From Escherichia phage LH01: DNA of 64,000 nt. The stretch's first letter is position 1; each line of letters opens with the position of its first letter. The stretch is from sequence record PP434429; one strand, written 5' to 3'. The position numbers and the translations under genes were made by a program. This document shows, one piece after another, positions 8,936-18,139 of the stretch. The notes under the pieces were generated by a model that saw only the letters and a program-made list of their open reading frames with translations, had not been told where the DNA came from and ran no database searches.

Positions 8936-9613
8936 TTATCGCTGTTTTACACTTAACGGGTCAGGATTCTCAGGGACATCTTCAAGGCCAAGCGCATAAC
9001 GCTGAGCATATTTTAACATCAAAATATCTTTAGCACAATCATGAACACTATCATGGGCAATGAATCCTTTTAGCGTACCCATTGGTAACGGACACATACT
9101 TAATCCTCGTGTCAACGAGTAAGCTTCGATTGCCGTACGAATATCACGTTGAGCCCAGAATTTAACCGGTTCTAATTTATCAGTATCAATATCTGGTTCA
9201 AGAACACCTTCATCACGATAGAGGTCACGAATCAAATCGACCAAGATCGGGAAGTCAAAGCTCATACCACGGCACCACATCTGTGATTTCCATTGGTCAA
9301 CTTTATTAGCTCGACAATAATCTAAAAAGATTTTAATGCCTTCAAGCGTAGTGACATCGTCTTCAGACGGAGCCAGGTTTTTACGTGCTTCTGCAGATTG
9401 TTCTTTCCACCATTTCATAGTGGATTTAGCGAAAACTCGCTTCCCTTTCTGAGAAGCTAAATTAAATTTAATTCGCTTACCTCGTTGAACAAGTTCTTCG
9501 AATGATTCAACAATTTCAGGGTCCGAATTATATGCAATAACCGCAAGGTCAATAACAGCAGCTTTTGACGTATTGCCGAATGTTTCAAAATCTATAATAA
9601 CATCAGTGCTCAT
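8936..9613 (-). CDS. dexA: exonuclease A (DnaQ-like 3'-5' exonuclease)
   Basis: 225-aa ORF; N-terminal DFETFG exo I motif; size and position next to dda as in T4. Confidence 0.75.
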   Translation of the reverse strand: MSTDVIIDFETFGNTSKAAVIDLAVIAYNSDPEIVESFEELVQRGKRIKFNLASQKGKRVFAKSTMKWWKEQSAEARKNLAPSEDDVTTLEGIKIFLDYCRANKVDQWKSQMWCRGMSFDFPILVDLIRDLYRDEGVLEPDIDTDKLEPVKFWAQRDIRTAIEAYSLTRGLSMCPLPMGTLKGFIAHDSVHDCAKDILMLKYAQRYALGLEDVPENPDPLSVKQR

Positions 9614-9622
9614 AATTTTCTC

Positions 9623-10936
9623 TCAAATAAAATGGACGTCAAAACGACCACGAGTTGTGCCGACATATAATAACTGTTTAGCTAATTCTGAATCAGCATA
9701 ATGGATGCACGGTGTATAAACAAAGGCCGTGTCAACAGACATACCCTGAGCCTTATGGAAGGTTGATACTGGTAGTGCCTTCACCTTAGTGAACATACGT
9801 TTAGCATCCCAGAATTCACTCCATGGAGCTTTACCACCTTTATTCCAGAATTTGTATGTTTCTGCAGTCTTAGCCAAAAACAAATTGAATTTATAAAGCT
9901 CTTCTTCAGAAGAAATAACCTTTATATCTTCGCGGACGTATTCTTCATCATCGCCATATGTTTCTACTGTAAGATTCCAGTATCGTATCATATATTCGCC
10001 TGAAACACCACGTGCTTTAACAAATGTAGACGTTTCTACAGCATCTCGAATACGAACGAATTGCCCGTTATTGAAAAGCATTTCGGTCATATTTTTGCCA
10101 TCTAGCTTATATGTCTTAGTAAGTGGCTCTTGTAGAACAATGACTTCGTCTTTAATAAATGGCTTTTCTGTTTCAAAAAGTTTTCGGCGAATAATTGAAT
10201 TCAACTTGTCCACCGACTTATTTGTGAATGCCATCATTCGATTTTCGAAAAGGTCTTCAGGAGTTTTAACGATGTTAAAATAGTTCATCATATACGATTT
10301 AAGGTCTGTATATCCGTGAACACCGTGTCCATCAACTACTTTATCGTAAATCCATTTGCCATTACGAATATCAGTCGCAACATCAATAATTGGTGCATTG
10401 CTACGTTTAACTTCTGTAAGGTTGCATTGCACGAAGTCTTTGTGAGTGAAGAAAGGACTTAGATACGCAGTTGATTCGCCTGGGTCTACCGGTCGAATCT
10501 GGCATCGGTCGCCGATTCCAATTACTGTACACCATTTAGGGATACTAGCTAACATTATTTTAAACAGAGAACGGTCGCACATTGACGCTTCATCAAATAA
10601 CAGTACACGACACAAGGCTAAGTCGGGAACCTTTTTCTGTTCAAACAATACGTTTTCTTCGTATGTAGTTGGGTTGATTTTAAGAATGCTATGAATAGTC
10701 GATGCTTCTTGACCCGCAAGTTTGCTTAGAACCTTTTTAGCAGCATGTGTAGGGGCTGCTAAAATAATACCTGATTCTCCAGAAGAAATAAGGGCTTCAA
10801 CGATGAATCTAGTAAGGGTTGTTTTACCTGTACCAGCAGGCCCATTAATAGTTACGTGATGTTTCTTTTCTTTAATAGCTTTCATAACAACGTTGAAGGC
10901 GTTTTTCTGGCCTTCGGTCAAATCATCAAATGTCAT
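9623..10936 (-). CDS. dda: Dda DNA helicase (SF1B)
   Basis: 437-aa ORF; Walker A GPAGTGKTT, Walker B LLFDEASM; ATG overlaps the upstream stop (ATGA). Confidence 0.85.
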   Translation of the reverse strand: MTFDDLTEGQKNAFNVVMKAIKEKKHHVTINGPAGTGKTTLTRFIVEALISSGESGIILAAPTHAAKKVLSKLAGQEASTIHSILKINPTTYEENVLFEQKKVPDLALCRVLLFDEASMCDRSLFKIMLASIPKWCTVIGIGDRCQIRPVDPGESTAYLSPFFTHKDFVQCNLTEVKRSNAPIIDVATDIRNGKWIYDKVVDGHGVHGYTDLKSYMMNYFNIVKTPEDLFENRMMAFTNKSVDKLNSIIRRKLFETEKPFIKDEVIVLQEPLTKTYKLDGKNMTEMLFNNGQFVRIRDAVETSTFVKARGVSGEYMIRYWNLTVETYGDDEEYVREDIKVISSEEELYKFNLFLAKTAETYKFWNKGGKAPWSEFWDAKRMFTKVKALPVSTFHKAQGMSVDTAFVYTPCIHYADSELAKQLLYVGTTRGRFDVHFI

Positions 10937-11244
10937 CGTAAAGTCCCTGCAATTGGAATACTAACAATACGGCCTGTGTCCAGGATTCGTTGATACAATC
11001 TTTGCGTCTCCGCATCTAGTTTAACGTGTTTCATTTCAAGCTTATTAAACCAGAACTTACGCGGAGTTTCGACCATTCTTAGAACTCCCATTTTTAAATC
11101 TGTTTTATACTGTGTTTTCAAAGTATCGAAAACTTTATCTGCAATATCCTTTCTAAAAAATACTGCAGGACGATGCTCATCAAGTGGAACCGGGACAGTA
11201 AATCCTTCCATATCTCGATAAACTATTGCATATACATAAACCAT
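10933..11244 (-). CDS. hypothetical protein (dda.1 position)
   Basis: 103-aa ORF, ATG start; synteny only. Confidence 0.5.
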   Translation of the reverse strand: MVYVYAIVYRDMEGFTVPVPLDEHRPAVFFRKDIADKVFDTLKTQYKTDLKMGVLRMVETPRKFWFNKLEMKHVKLDAETQRLYQRILDTGRIVSIPIAGTLR

Positions 11245-11246
11245 AA

Positions 11247-11993
11247 TTAACCTTTAATCAGTTGGAATAATGATGCGCTAAGTGGTAAGCCACGTTTCAA
11301 TTTTAATTTACCAATGAAACCAATCTTTTCAAAACGTTGCAGACCTTGGATAACTTTATCATATGTATCGAAAAGCGATTCAGCGTCAGTTAATTTAGTT
11401 TTAGTTTTCCAGTCAGAGCCTTTAAGAAGAACGTTGAGTTTAGTAAGTTCATGGCCTTCTGCTTGATGTGAGCCATTAATGCGTGCTTTCAAAGCAACAA
11501 TTCTAAGTTTAGATTCGTTAGATAAAGGTTGATTTTTCATCATGTTCGCCATATGCTTAACACGATTTTCACGTTTTGCTCGGATTTTTAAAATAGTATC
11601 ATAAACCTTTTTGATTTGGGCCCATTTCTTCTCGTCGAGATTAAGTTTCTCTACTTTACGGACAGAAGGATTAGCGATACGTCTTGCAATGGCATCACGT
11701 TTCTCAATAAGTTCTTCTAATGTTAAATCAGAACGAGCCGTGTTATATTTTTTCTTAACTGGGATAACATTACCTTTAATGTAGCCTATATCGTTATTAA
11801 AACGTTCTAAGGATAATTTCTCACCTTCAACAGAGTTATTGAAAGATTCACCTGAGTAAGCGCAGACCTTTTGATCAAGAACGTTTTTAAGGTAATTAAA
11901 GTCTAAGTTAAAATCCTTAGAGCGTCTCTTCGCAGAAGCTCTAGTGTGGTCAAGACGACGATTGATTTTGTTAATTTTATTATTTGATAACAT
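11247..11993 (-). CDS. hypothetical basic protein (position of T4 srd)
   Basis: 248-aa ORF, ATG at 11993; Lys/Arg-rich; a CAYSGE...NDIGYIKGNV segment vaguely resembles HNH/AP2-type DNA-binding modules but lacks clear catalytic residues. Confidence 0.5.
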   Translation of the reverse strand: MLSNNKINKINRRLDHTRASAKRRSKDFNLDFNYLKNVLDQKVCAYSGESFNNSVEGEKLSLERFNNDIGYIKGNVIPVKKKYNTARSDLTLEELIEKRDAIARRIANPSVRKVEKLNLDEKKWAQIKKVYDTILKIRAKRENRVKHMANMMKNQPLSNESKLRIVALKARINGSHQAEGHELTKLNVLLKGSDWKTKTKLTDAESLFDTYDKVIQGLQRFEKIGFIGKLKLKRGLPLSASLFQLIKG

Positions 11994-12042
11994 AATATTT
12001 TCCTCTGTCTTACGGACGTTAGGTCATTTAGCTGATAGGCCT

Positions 12043-12070
12043 ATAATATCATGCCCTCAGGTAGTGTACA
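12043..12070 (-). promoter_or_regulatory. early-type promoter (-35 TGTACA, -10 TATTAT)
   Basis: minus-strand motif about 50 nt upstream of the 11993 ATG. Confidence 0.4.
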
Positions 12071-12145
12071 CTCTTTTTTCATAAAATGCTTTAATTTTTT
12101 ATGTGTTATAATGGTTCTGAGTTCCATCCGGTTATTCCAATCCAG

Positions 12146-12754
12146 TCAGTAACCGACAATAGACAGATTCCAGATTGTATAACGTCCATCTTGAATAATA
12201 GAATCTACACGCAGTGTAGTCCCTATAGGGAGCATAAATTCACATTCGTCAGATATAAGTCTAGCATTAGACCGTCTTGTCGCTTCAGGGAAAGCTCCAT
12301 TGAACTCACAAGATGGCGCAGCCAGAATCATGTTAAGCATATGTTCACGGAAGTTGAAAGCAAATGGTGCATCTTTGATGCAGAACATATTAAATGTTCC
12401 ATAAAAATTATATGAAGCGAAGTTACGTGCTACACCAAACACCGGACTAAAGCTCATTACTCTGTCAAATTTAATAATACTACCAATGCCTTTATCATCG
12501 AGTGTGGCCATAGTTTTCTTAGAGATTCCACGATACATTGTCTCAGGAACTGAAGACGTCCAATTTCTACGAACGATTGAACTTAACTCCTGTTGAATAC
12601 AGTCTGGCTTGTTTTCCATACACTGCCAAAGGATGCTTTGTTCATTATCGTTGAATTGACTATCAATTTCGTACTGCAATTCATCTTGATATTCGGGGCA
12701 TTGAGCACGGCGAACCATTTCCTCAATTTCACATTCATTATACGGCATAAACAT
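12146..12754 (-). CDS. ModA/ModB-family ADP-ribosyltransferase
   Basis: 202-aa ORF; R-S-E triad pattern: MYRG (Arg), SFSPVFG (S-x-S), DECEFMLP (E-x-E); AGGAG RBS. Confidence 0.7.
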   Translation of the reverse strand: MFMPYNECEIEEMVRRAQCPEYQDELQYEIDSQFNDNEQSILWQCMENKPDCIQQELSSIVRRNWTSSVPETMYRGISKKTMATLDDKGIGSIIKFDRVMSFSPVFGVARNFASYNFYGTFNMFCIKDAPFAFNFREHMLNMILAAPSCEFNGAFPEATRRSNARLISDECEFMLPIGTTLRVDSIIQDGRYTIWNLSIVGY

Positions 12755-12782
12755 TTAGGTTTCTCCTGTGGTTGATAAAGGT

Positions 12783-12811
12783 ATAGTATCATCGTCGGTA
12801 GAGTTTGTACA
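12783..12811 (-). promoter_or_regulatory. early-type promoter (-35 TGTACA, -10 TACTAT)
   Basis: TGTACA, 17 nt, TACTAT in the 57-nt gap between the two ART genes. Confidence 0.4.
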
Positions 12812-13393
12812 CTAAAAATTCAACATTTTTAAATGAATGATTTTGTATAATCGAGATAAAGGGTCATATTCTAAGTCTTCAATTTCCACAATCTCAAATC
12901 GAGAGATGCCTGAGACCATGTACTCTTGTTCAGATTCAATCATATCTAGGACGTCAACACGCGTTTCTTCCATAACATGCTTAGGATTCTTTCCGGCGAG
13001 TACAATGTTAACCATGTTTTGGTAGTAATCAAAAATGAATGGAGCATTCCTGAGACTAAGAATAGTGTACGTCTGATATTCCCATCTCCCAGAGAATTGA
13101 CGAGCTGTACTGAAATCAGTTGTGAACGATGTTACTCGTCCAGGAGACCAATGACATCCAACAGAAAGAAGGGAAAGACGTTCTACTTCTTCTGGAGTTA
13201 CACCACGGTAGAGTTCTACTGGTACTGCAGAAGTCATATGCTTACGAACAAGATGGTCTAATTCATAGTGGAAATCCGGGTCTTCCTTAGAATCAGTGCA
13301 AGCCCAGAGAATGTTTTGTTCTTGGCGGGTGAATTTGCTATCAATCAGATTTGTTAGGTATTCGCGTTCTTGAAGTTCAGATTGACATGTCAT
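12812..13393 (-). CDS. ModA/ModB-family ADP-ribosyltransferase (second copy)
   Basis: 193-aa ORF; LYRGV, SFTTDFSTA, ESEQEYMVSG (R-S-EXE); GGAGG RBS before ATG 13393. Confidence 0.7.
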   Translation of the reverse strand: MTCQSELQEREYLTNLIDSKFTRQEQNILWACTDSKEDPDFHYELDHLVRKHMTSAVPVELYRGVTPEEVERLSLLSVGCHWSPGRVTSFTTDFSTARQFSGRWEYQTYTILSLRNAPFIFDYYQNMVNIVLAGKNPKHVMEETRVDVLDMIESEQEYMVSGISRFEIVEIEDLEYDPLSRLYKIIHLKMLNF

Positions 13394-13420
13394 GATAGAC
13401 CTCCATTTAAAGATAAGCCT

Positions 13421-13449
13421 ATCATAACACGAGAGGAGGGAATGTAAAC
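13421..13449 (-). promoter_or_regulatory. early-type promoter (-35 GTTTAC, -10 TATGAT)
   Basis: GTTTAC, 17 nt, TATGAT about 28 nt upstream of ATG 13393. Confidence 0.4.
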
Positions 13450-13609
13450 TACTTTTTAAGCTTTCCTACTAAAGGACCATCAGGACCGGGTTGTTCTAAC
13501 ATGAATAAAGATGCTTTAAAAAGCAATGTCAACCCTTTCACCATTCGATACCATGTCTCAAAGTCTTTTTCCTTGATTTCTAGTAAGAATTTCTCTTTAA
13601 ATTTCTCTT

Positions 13610-13798
13610 TCATTTCCAAGGACTCCATGGTGGAGGGTCGTCATAATAAGAGGCTAGGTCTTTCAGGACTTCTAATGGTAAACTAAAACCGTGACGTTGT
13701 ATAATACTATCAATTTCATCAACAAGCTCGCCACGTTGTTCTTTAGGAGCCTTGACTTCAGGCTCATCAAACATACTCATCAAGTCCATATTATTCAC
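13610..13798 (-). CDS. hypothetical small acidic protein
   Basis: 62-aa ORF from the track; no motif. Confidence 0.3.
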   Translation of the reverse strand: MNNMDLMSMFDEPEVKAPKEQRGELVDEIDSIIQRHGFSLPLEVLKDLASYYDDPPPWSPWK

Positions 13799-14255
13799 CG
13801 AGATAAAAACTAGCCGGTTCAGAGAATGTTTCTAGCGCTACACCTTTTGTCTTAAAAAATTTCCAAATAGCTCGTTGCAAATGGACTAAATCTGCTAATG
13901 TTGTAATAAAGTATTTCTTGGCAAAATACTTATGGTCCCGCTTTTCAAACAGGTCTAAACGCTTTTCAGGATTCACATAAACAGCATTTTCTGTAGATTC
14001 GTACCCTAAATCCTTTATGCCTTCTTCAAGACTAAACGGAGAATTTTTAGAACGAGTAATAGCTCCAACTCGCTCTACACGAATTTTGTAACCTTTAGGA
14101 ATCTGCAATTTGCAGAATTCTTCTACGATATATTGTGGATTATTTAGACTTTTGTTAATGAGAATAGCTATTTCTAGTGGAGTCTTATCTTCTACTGGTA
14201 TATGTTTAAATGACTTGGCTTCAAGCAAATACATTTTAAATAGCATAGCATCCAT
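13791..14255 (-). CDS. hypothetical protein
   Basis: 154-aa ORF from the track; no motif recognised. Confidence 0.45.
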   Translation of the reverse strand: MDAMLFKMYLLEAKSFKHIPVEDKTPLEIAILINKSLNNPQYIVEEFCKLQIPKGYKIRVERVGAITRSKNSPFSLEEGIKDLGYESTENAVYVNPEKRLDLFEKRDHKYFAKKYFITTLADLVHLQRAIWKFFKTKGVALETFSEPASFYLGE

Positions 14256-14461
14256 TATAATTTCCTCGATGGTTCACCCATATAAAGTTTTACAATACGT
14301 TCGCCTTCATCTTCGACGAGCTTTTCTTCATGTTTCTGGAATTCTTTAGCCATATTCTCTTCAAGAACATCCAGCCAATCTTCTGGACCGACACCATCGT
14401 CCCAGCTTTTAAACCATTTAACTATCTTGTTCATTCGCAGCTCCCTGAGCTTGAACCACAA
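14255..14461 (-). CDS. hypothetical small protein
   Basis: 68-aa ORF; start overlaps the upstream gene. Confidence 0.35.
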   Translation of the reverse strand: MWFKLRELRMNKIVKWFKSWDDGVGPEDWLDVLEENMAKEFQKHEEKLVEDEGERIVKLYMGEPSRKL

Positions 14462-14619
14462 TCAGAATAACTTGACCCGGAATCACCAGGCCAAGACGAT
14501 ACGTATGAATGATTATAACTTGAAGAGCTTGAAGCAGACTTAGGACGAACAACTTCTTCCATCATGCCGTCACCAATGTATTCCCAACTTTTTTCGTGTG
14601 TATCAGGAATAGGCATCAT
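14431..14619 (-). CDS. hypothetical Ser-rich small protein
   Basis: internal ATG pair (MMPIPD) preceded by GAAGG; the longer track ORF overlaps its neighbour in another frame. Confidence 0.3.
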   Translation of the reverse strand: MMPIPDTHEKSWEYIGDGMMEEVVRPKSASSSSSYNHSYVSSWPGDSGSSYSDCGSSSGSCE

Positions 14620-14632
14620 ACCTTCGCCTGGT

Positions 14633-14860
14633 TTAACAGCAAATAACTTCTTCAGTATCGTAAGCATTAATTGTTCCTCGAACAAAACGAACACCACCAT
14701 CATCCCAACGGATTTCGGCATTAAATTTGACGTCTTCACCATCCATCATGAATGAGTGTACGACTACATCATCGTAATATCCAAGACCGTATTTCAACGA
14801 AACTTCTTGAGCAATCAAAGCACCTAATGTGTTATTAGGTTTAATCCAACGATTTAACAT
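14633..14860 (-). CDS. hypothetical small protein
   Basis: internal ATG (MLNRWIKP) with GAGGAG RBS; the upstream extension of the track ORF looks non-coding. Confidence 0.35.
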   Translation of the reverse strand: MLNRWIKPNNTLGALIAQEVSLKYGLGYYDDVVVHSFMMDGEDVKFNAEIRWDDGGVRFVRGTINAYDTEEVICC

Positions 14861-14922
14861 ATTGTTCTCCTCTTGAGTAAGTAAGAATATCTTAACACAG
14901 TTTTTAGTGGTTGTAAACTGTA

Positions 14923-14952
14923 GAAACAAAAAAAGGAATCCCGAAGGATTCC
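14923..14952 (-). terminator. intrinsic terminator, GGAAUCC(UUCG)GGAUUCC hairpin plus U-tract
   Basis: perfect 7-bp stem with UUCG loop about 10 nt after the soc stop, followed by a U7 run on the transcript. Confidence 0.6.
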
Positions 14953-14961
14953 TTAAATTAT

Positions 14962-15198
14962 TTAACCACTTACTGGTGTAGGGGTAAACATTGCAGCGTT
15001 CTTAGTTTTCCAGTCAGCTGCATCAGAAACTACAGTAGAATAAGCTGCCTTTTCTGATGGAAAGATTTGGTAATGAGAATCTGCAATCCGATGTTCGTTT
15101 GAATAAATCTCAAACGGCACAGAAACTTCCATACCTTTAACTTCTTTACCTTCACCAGCAGGATGCGTAAAGGTTTTGATGTTTACATAACCACCCAT
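14962..15198 (-). CDS. soc: small outer capsid protein Soc
   Basis: 78-aa ORF; GYVNIKTF...HYQIFPSEKAAYSTV matches the Soc family as I recall it; AGGAG RBS; late promoter upstream. Confidence 0.8.
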   Translation of the reverse strand: MGGYVNIKTFTHPAGEGKEVKGMEVSVPFEIYSNEHRIADSHYQIFPSEKAAYSTVVSDAADWKTKNAAMFTPTPVSG

Positions 15199-15200
15199 AA

Positions 15201-15425
15201 TTAACTCCTTTGTTGTTTAATTACAGGTGTATTTATAATGAATTTCTTCGGGACAATAAAATATCCGAATTTAGCTAATATAACAACACCACCGTTAATT
15301 ATTACCGGAGAATAATCATCTGGAGTATTAAATTTCCAGTGGAGTCTAGTATTATATCCATCAGAGCCGAATGCTTTATTAGCCGGTCTCCCGGCTTTTT
15401 GCCATGCATAAAAATCAAGTTTCAT
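15201..15425 (-). CDS. hypothetical small protein
   Basis: start at internal ATG (MKLDFYAWQ); the longer track ORF 15201..15539 overlaps a coupled small ORF in another frame. Confidence 0.35.
   Translation of the reverse strand: MKLDFYAWQKAGRPANKAFGSDGYNTRLHWKFNTPDDYSPVIINGGVVILAKFGYFIVPKKFIINTPVIKQQRS
15230..15237 (-). promoter_or_regulatory. late promoter TATAAATA upstream of soc
   Basis: exact TATAAATA on the minus strand about 30 nt upstream of the soc ATG. Confidence 0.55.
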
Positions 15426-15588
15426 TTGCAACCCAATCAACCATATGTAGATGGTCTGATAATTGACTAACATGCTGAAGCTGATTAGACAGGAGTTTAC
15501 AAATAAGCTCACTGTTATCATTTTTAAATAGTTGGTCAATACGTTTCTTATGAGCTTTCTTAAGCTGACGTTTATTTAAACGAGCCAT
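15415..15588 (-). CDS. hypothetical small basic protein
   Basis: 57-aa ORF (MARLNKRQLKKAHKK...) below the track threshold; its ATG overlaps the stop of gene 56 (TAATG). Confidence 0.35.
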   Translation of the reverse strand: MARLNKRQLKKAHKKRIDQLFKNDNSELICKLLSNQLQHVSQLSDHLHMVDWVANET

Positions 15589-16109
15589 TAATAACCTCGG
15601 TCTTGACGTGCGAAATTTTCAGCATTTTTCAGGTAATAAAGTTTAAAGATTTCTTCTGCTGTAAGACCAAGACCTTGGAACATGTTCAGAACGAAATGGA
15701 GAATATCAATCATTTCAAACTTAATTTCCAGTTGGTCTTCAGGAGACAGTTCATCGATACGACGATTTCGATATTCAGCATGTTGTGCTTTCCATGGCTT
15801 CCATACAGAGCTAGCGGCTTTTTCACCATTGCTCATACCACCAAGTGAAGTCAGCAGTTCACGGAATTCATCATCAATATAATCTTTCTGATTACGCAGC
15901 CAATCAACAACATCACCAGCAGTAGCCAATTCATCAGGATGTTTGTTATGTTCAGGCTTGTCATTTGCCAGACGAACTTGTAAAGATTTCTGCATATCAA
16001 GCATTACCTGCAGTGGGTCTTTATCTTCGTGAATCAGAGCATTAAAATAAGCTTCTTCTGCTTTATCAACACCAGAAATAAGTTGTGAACATTCGTTAAA
16101 GTGTGCCAT
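15588..16109 (-). CDS. 56: dCTP pyrophosphatase (MazG-like)
   Basis: start at ATG for MAHFNECSQL with AAAGGA RBS; MazG-like helical NTP-PPase pattern; position adjacent to gene 61. Confidence 0.75.
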   Translation of the reverse strand: MAHFNECSQLISGVDKAEEAYFNALIHEDKDPLQVMLDMQKSLQVRLANDKPEHNKHPDELATAGDVVDWLRNQKDYIDDEFRELLTSLGGMSNGEKAASSVWKPWKAQHAEYRNRRIDELSPEDQLEIKFEMIDILHFVLNMFQGLGLTAEEIFKLYYLKNAENFARQDRGY

Positions 16110-16197
16110 TATTTTTCCTTTCAATTCAGTATAAGAGAGTTAATTCTAACATTAATTTTATAAAGCGTAATAAATAATAGGTAACTAAGGAGATATT

Positions 16198-16395
16198 ATG
16201 TTTAAACTTCCATCGTTAATCAACGCTATTAAAGGCAATAAAAAGAAAACTGCTATCGCTGCAATAGTTGTAGGCGGCATTATTTCATGGAACTTCGGGA
16301 TTGCACCATTGTTAGTTGCCCATGGTATTATAGTTCCTTCTGTTCCATTGGATACTGTAGTTGATTTGGCCTTTGCTATTATAGGACTTGTTTAA
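16198..16395 (+). CDS. small hydrophobic membrane protein (plus strand)
   Basis: 65-aa ORF with strong AAGGAG RBS 5 nt before the ATG; two predicted TM segments; one of the very few plus-strand genes here, convergent with gene 61. Confidence 0.5.
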   Translation: MFKLPSLINAIKGNKKKTAIAAIVVGGIISWNFGIAPLLVAHGIIVPSVPLDTVVDLAFAIIGLV

Positions 16396-17414
16396 ATCTT
16401 CGAATAACGAGATAATCTCATTTTAGCATGCAACCCACTTGAAATATTCTGTTTCATATATTCTAAAATTTCTTGTGGTGTTGCATTTTCTTTCATTACC
16501 ATATCATTCACATCCTTTGATCTCCATGGAGCTCGGTCCCAGAACATGACACGTTCGCCTGCATCAACTAATCGCTTCATACGAGCTATAGTATCCGGAT
16601 GCCTAGGTTCATTATCCATTACCCATACCCGACGTTCTTTAAATGGTACCACATCTAAATCTATTGAGCCGCCTGTAATAGCGATTGCATTGGGTATGAA
16701 TAAACTATCAATAGGGCCTTCCATTACCCAGACGTCTCCTTCCTTAACACGTTCAACACCATAAATTTTTGTTGCAGACTCAAACGCTTTAATAGTGATA
16801 TATTTCTGAGGAGCATCTTTACGAAGTGCACGTCCTTGGAATGACTCGGCCTTCCCATCTTTATTAAAAATAGGAATCACTAAACGCGGTTCAGGAATCT
16901 CTTTCTTATACGTACCAGGTTGAATCTTGTTGACCAATTTGGGCCATTCTAATGTGAACCATAATCTGTTCCATGATTCTTTAGGAATACACCGAGACTT
17001 AACATATTTCACAATAGGATGCTCTTCAGGCAACTTGTCCAGACGAGAACAAGACGGCAAAGAATTTATAGTCTTTTTCTCTGGCTCCGGCTTAGCTTCA
17101 GGAACCTTTTCAATCTTTGGTTCCATTCTAGCTTTTTCTTTACGAACTTCCATTAGATACTCGCGATAAAGCTCTTCATCGTACTCTTTTAAGTATCCAG
17201 AAATTGTATTATGATATTGACAGTTATAGCAATGCACATTACCTGGAGTACCGCCATAATACCATCCGCGGGCTTTCATTGCATCTGTCTGAGAGTCGCC
17301 ACAAACTGGGCATCGAAATGTTAATTTAAATGTGCTTGAATTATTGATTTGTCTAAAACGAGGTAGGTGAGAAAACGCACGATAAGCAAATTCATTATCT
17401 ATCCATTCAGCCAT
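16392..17414 (-). CDS. 61: DNA primase
   Basis: 340-aa ORF; N-terminal zinc ribbon CPVCGDS...CYNC followed by a Toprim region (VWVMEGPID). Confidence 0.85.
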   Translation of the reverse strand: MAEWIDNEFAYRAFSHLPRFRQINNSSTFKLTFRCPVCGDSQTDAMKARGWYYGGTPGNVHCYNCQYHNTISGYLKEYDEELYREYLMEVRKEKARMEPKIEKVPEAKPEPEKKTINSLPSCSRLDKLPEEHPIVKYVKSRCIPKESWNRLWFTLEWPKLVNKIQPGTYKKEIPEPRLVIPIFNKDGKAESFQGRALRKDAPQKYITIKAFESATKIYGVERVKEGDVWVMEGPIDSLFIPNAIAITGGSIDLDVVPFKERRVWVMDNEPRHPDTIARMKRLVDAGERVMFWDRAPWRSKDVNDMVMKENATPQEILEYMKQNISSGLHAKMRLSRYSKI

Positions 17415-17453
17415 AGTATTCTCCAGAGGCCTTAAATTAATAAGGCCATCTTA

Positions 17454-17921
17454 TCACAACTTATTAATATTTACTTTAATTCGCTTTCTTTTCTTGGAAG
17501 GAATTTGTTCTGGACCTTTATTTACGACTGCACCTGTAGTTGTTCCTGATGCAATAGCTTGAGGACTGCCACCTGAATCACCAGCAACCATATCCTCAAA
17601 TAAAGGGAGTTCTTTAAATATTTCTTTCTGTTGTTCTTCAGTAATGTTATAGCGTGAAGCTACAGCACTCCAGGCAGACATCATTGAGGCCATTCCATTA
17701 AGACCTGGAACAGTACTCATCATTCGCTTCATTGAACGAACTGAAGCATGAAAAGGTGTATAAGCCGCTTTCTCTTCGGGAGTAGAAGGACGTTTAAGAA
17801 CACTTCCACGTTCGTCGATTATTTTGGCTTCGTACGCTTTCCATTCGGTAAAAGGTTTTTGCATTAGTCGAATAAACTTATATGCGTAAACAGAATCTAT
17901 TGCAGTGTTAATAATACCCAT
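17454..17921 (-). CDS. hypothetical protein (61.1 position)
   Basis: start at internal ATG (MGIINTA) with GGAGG RBS; the track ORF begins at an upstream TTG. Confidence 0.5.
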   Translation of the reverse strand: MGIINTAIDSVYAYKFIRLMQKPFTEWKAYEAKIIDERGSVLKRPSTPEEKAAYTPFHASVRSMKRMMSTVPGLNGMASMMSAWSAVASRYNITEEQQKEIFKELPLFEDMVAGDSGGSPQAIASGTTTGAVVNKGPEQIPSKKRKRIKVNINKL

Positions 17922-17940
17922 AGGTACCTCCTGAGTATAT

Positions 17941-18138
17941 TTAATCAATCACAAAGATCGCTTTATCACCGTTCGCATCTGTGACTTCATATGTAGTGTC
18001 TTCATAGTGTGGAATATTCCAAATTACACCATCATTAGCTTTTACGCTAATATTGTATTGGTGTTTTGAAACAACTTCATAATCTTCAAAACTTGTAAAA
18101 ACACTAATTTTAGAACCAGTGCAAATTGCAGTAGTCAT
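17941..18138 (-). CDS. hypothetical small protein
   Basis: 65-aa ORF from the track. Confidence 0.35.
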   Translation of the reverse strand: MTTAICTGSKISVFTSFEDYEVVSKHQYNISVKANDGVIWNIPHYEDTTYEVTDANGDKAIFVID

Positions 18139-18139
18139 T

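Noticed and set aside
11247-11993. HNH homing endonuclease call for the 248-aa protein
   Set aside because: Has a CAYSGE...NDIGYIKGNV segment but no His-Me finger catalytic His/Asn or zinc-binding Cys pairs; likely a DNA-binding or regulatory protein instead.
12101-12415. Plus-strand 104-aa ORF overlapping the ART gene at 12146..12754
   Set aside because: Opposite-strand overlap with a gene that carries intact catalytic motifs; no RBS.
14633-14929. Full-length overlapping ORFs 14431..14742 and 14633..14929
   Set aside because: They overlap by about 110 nt in different frames; only the versions trimmed to internal ATG codons with RBS are compatible.
15201-15539. Full-length 112-aa ORF
   Set aside because: Its N-terminal part overlaps a 57-aa ORF that is translationally coupled to gene 56; the hydrophobic N-terminus is probably out-of-frame read-through. 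Kept only the part from the internal ATG, with low confidence.
16125-16197. Late promoter for the plus-strand gene at 16198
   Set aside because: The nearby AT-rich string taataaataata is not an exact TATAAATA, so no promoter is claimed.
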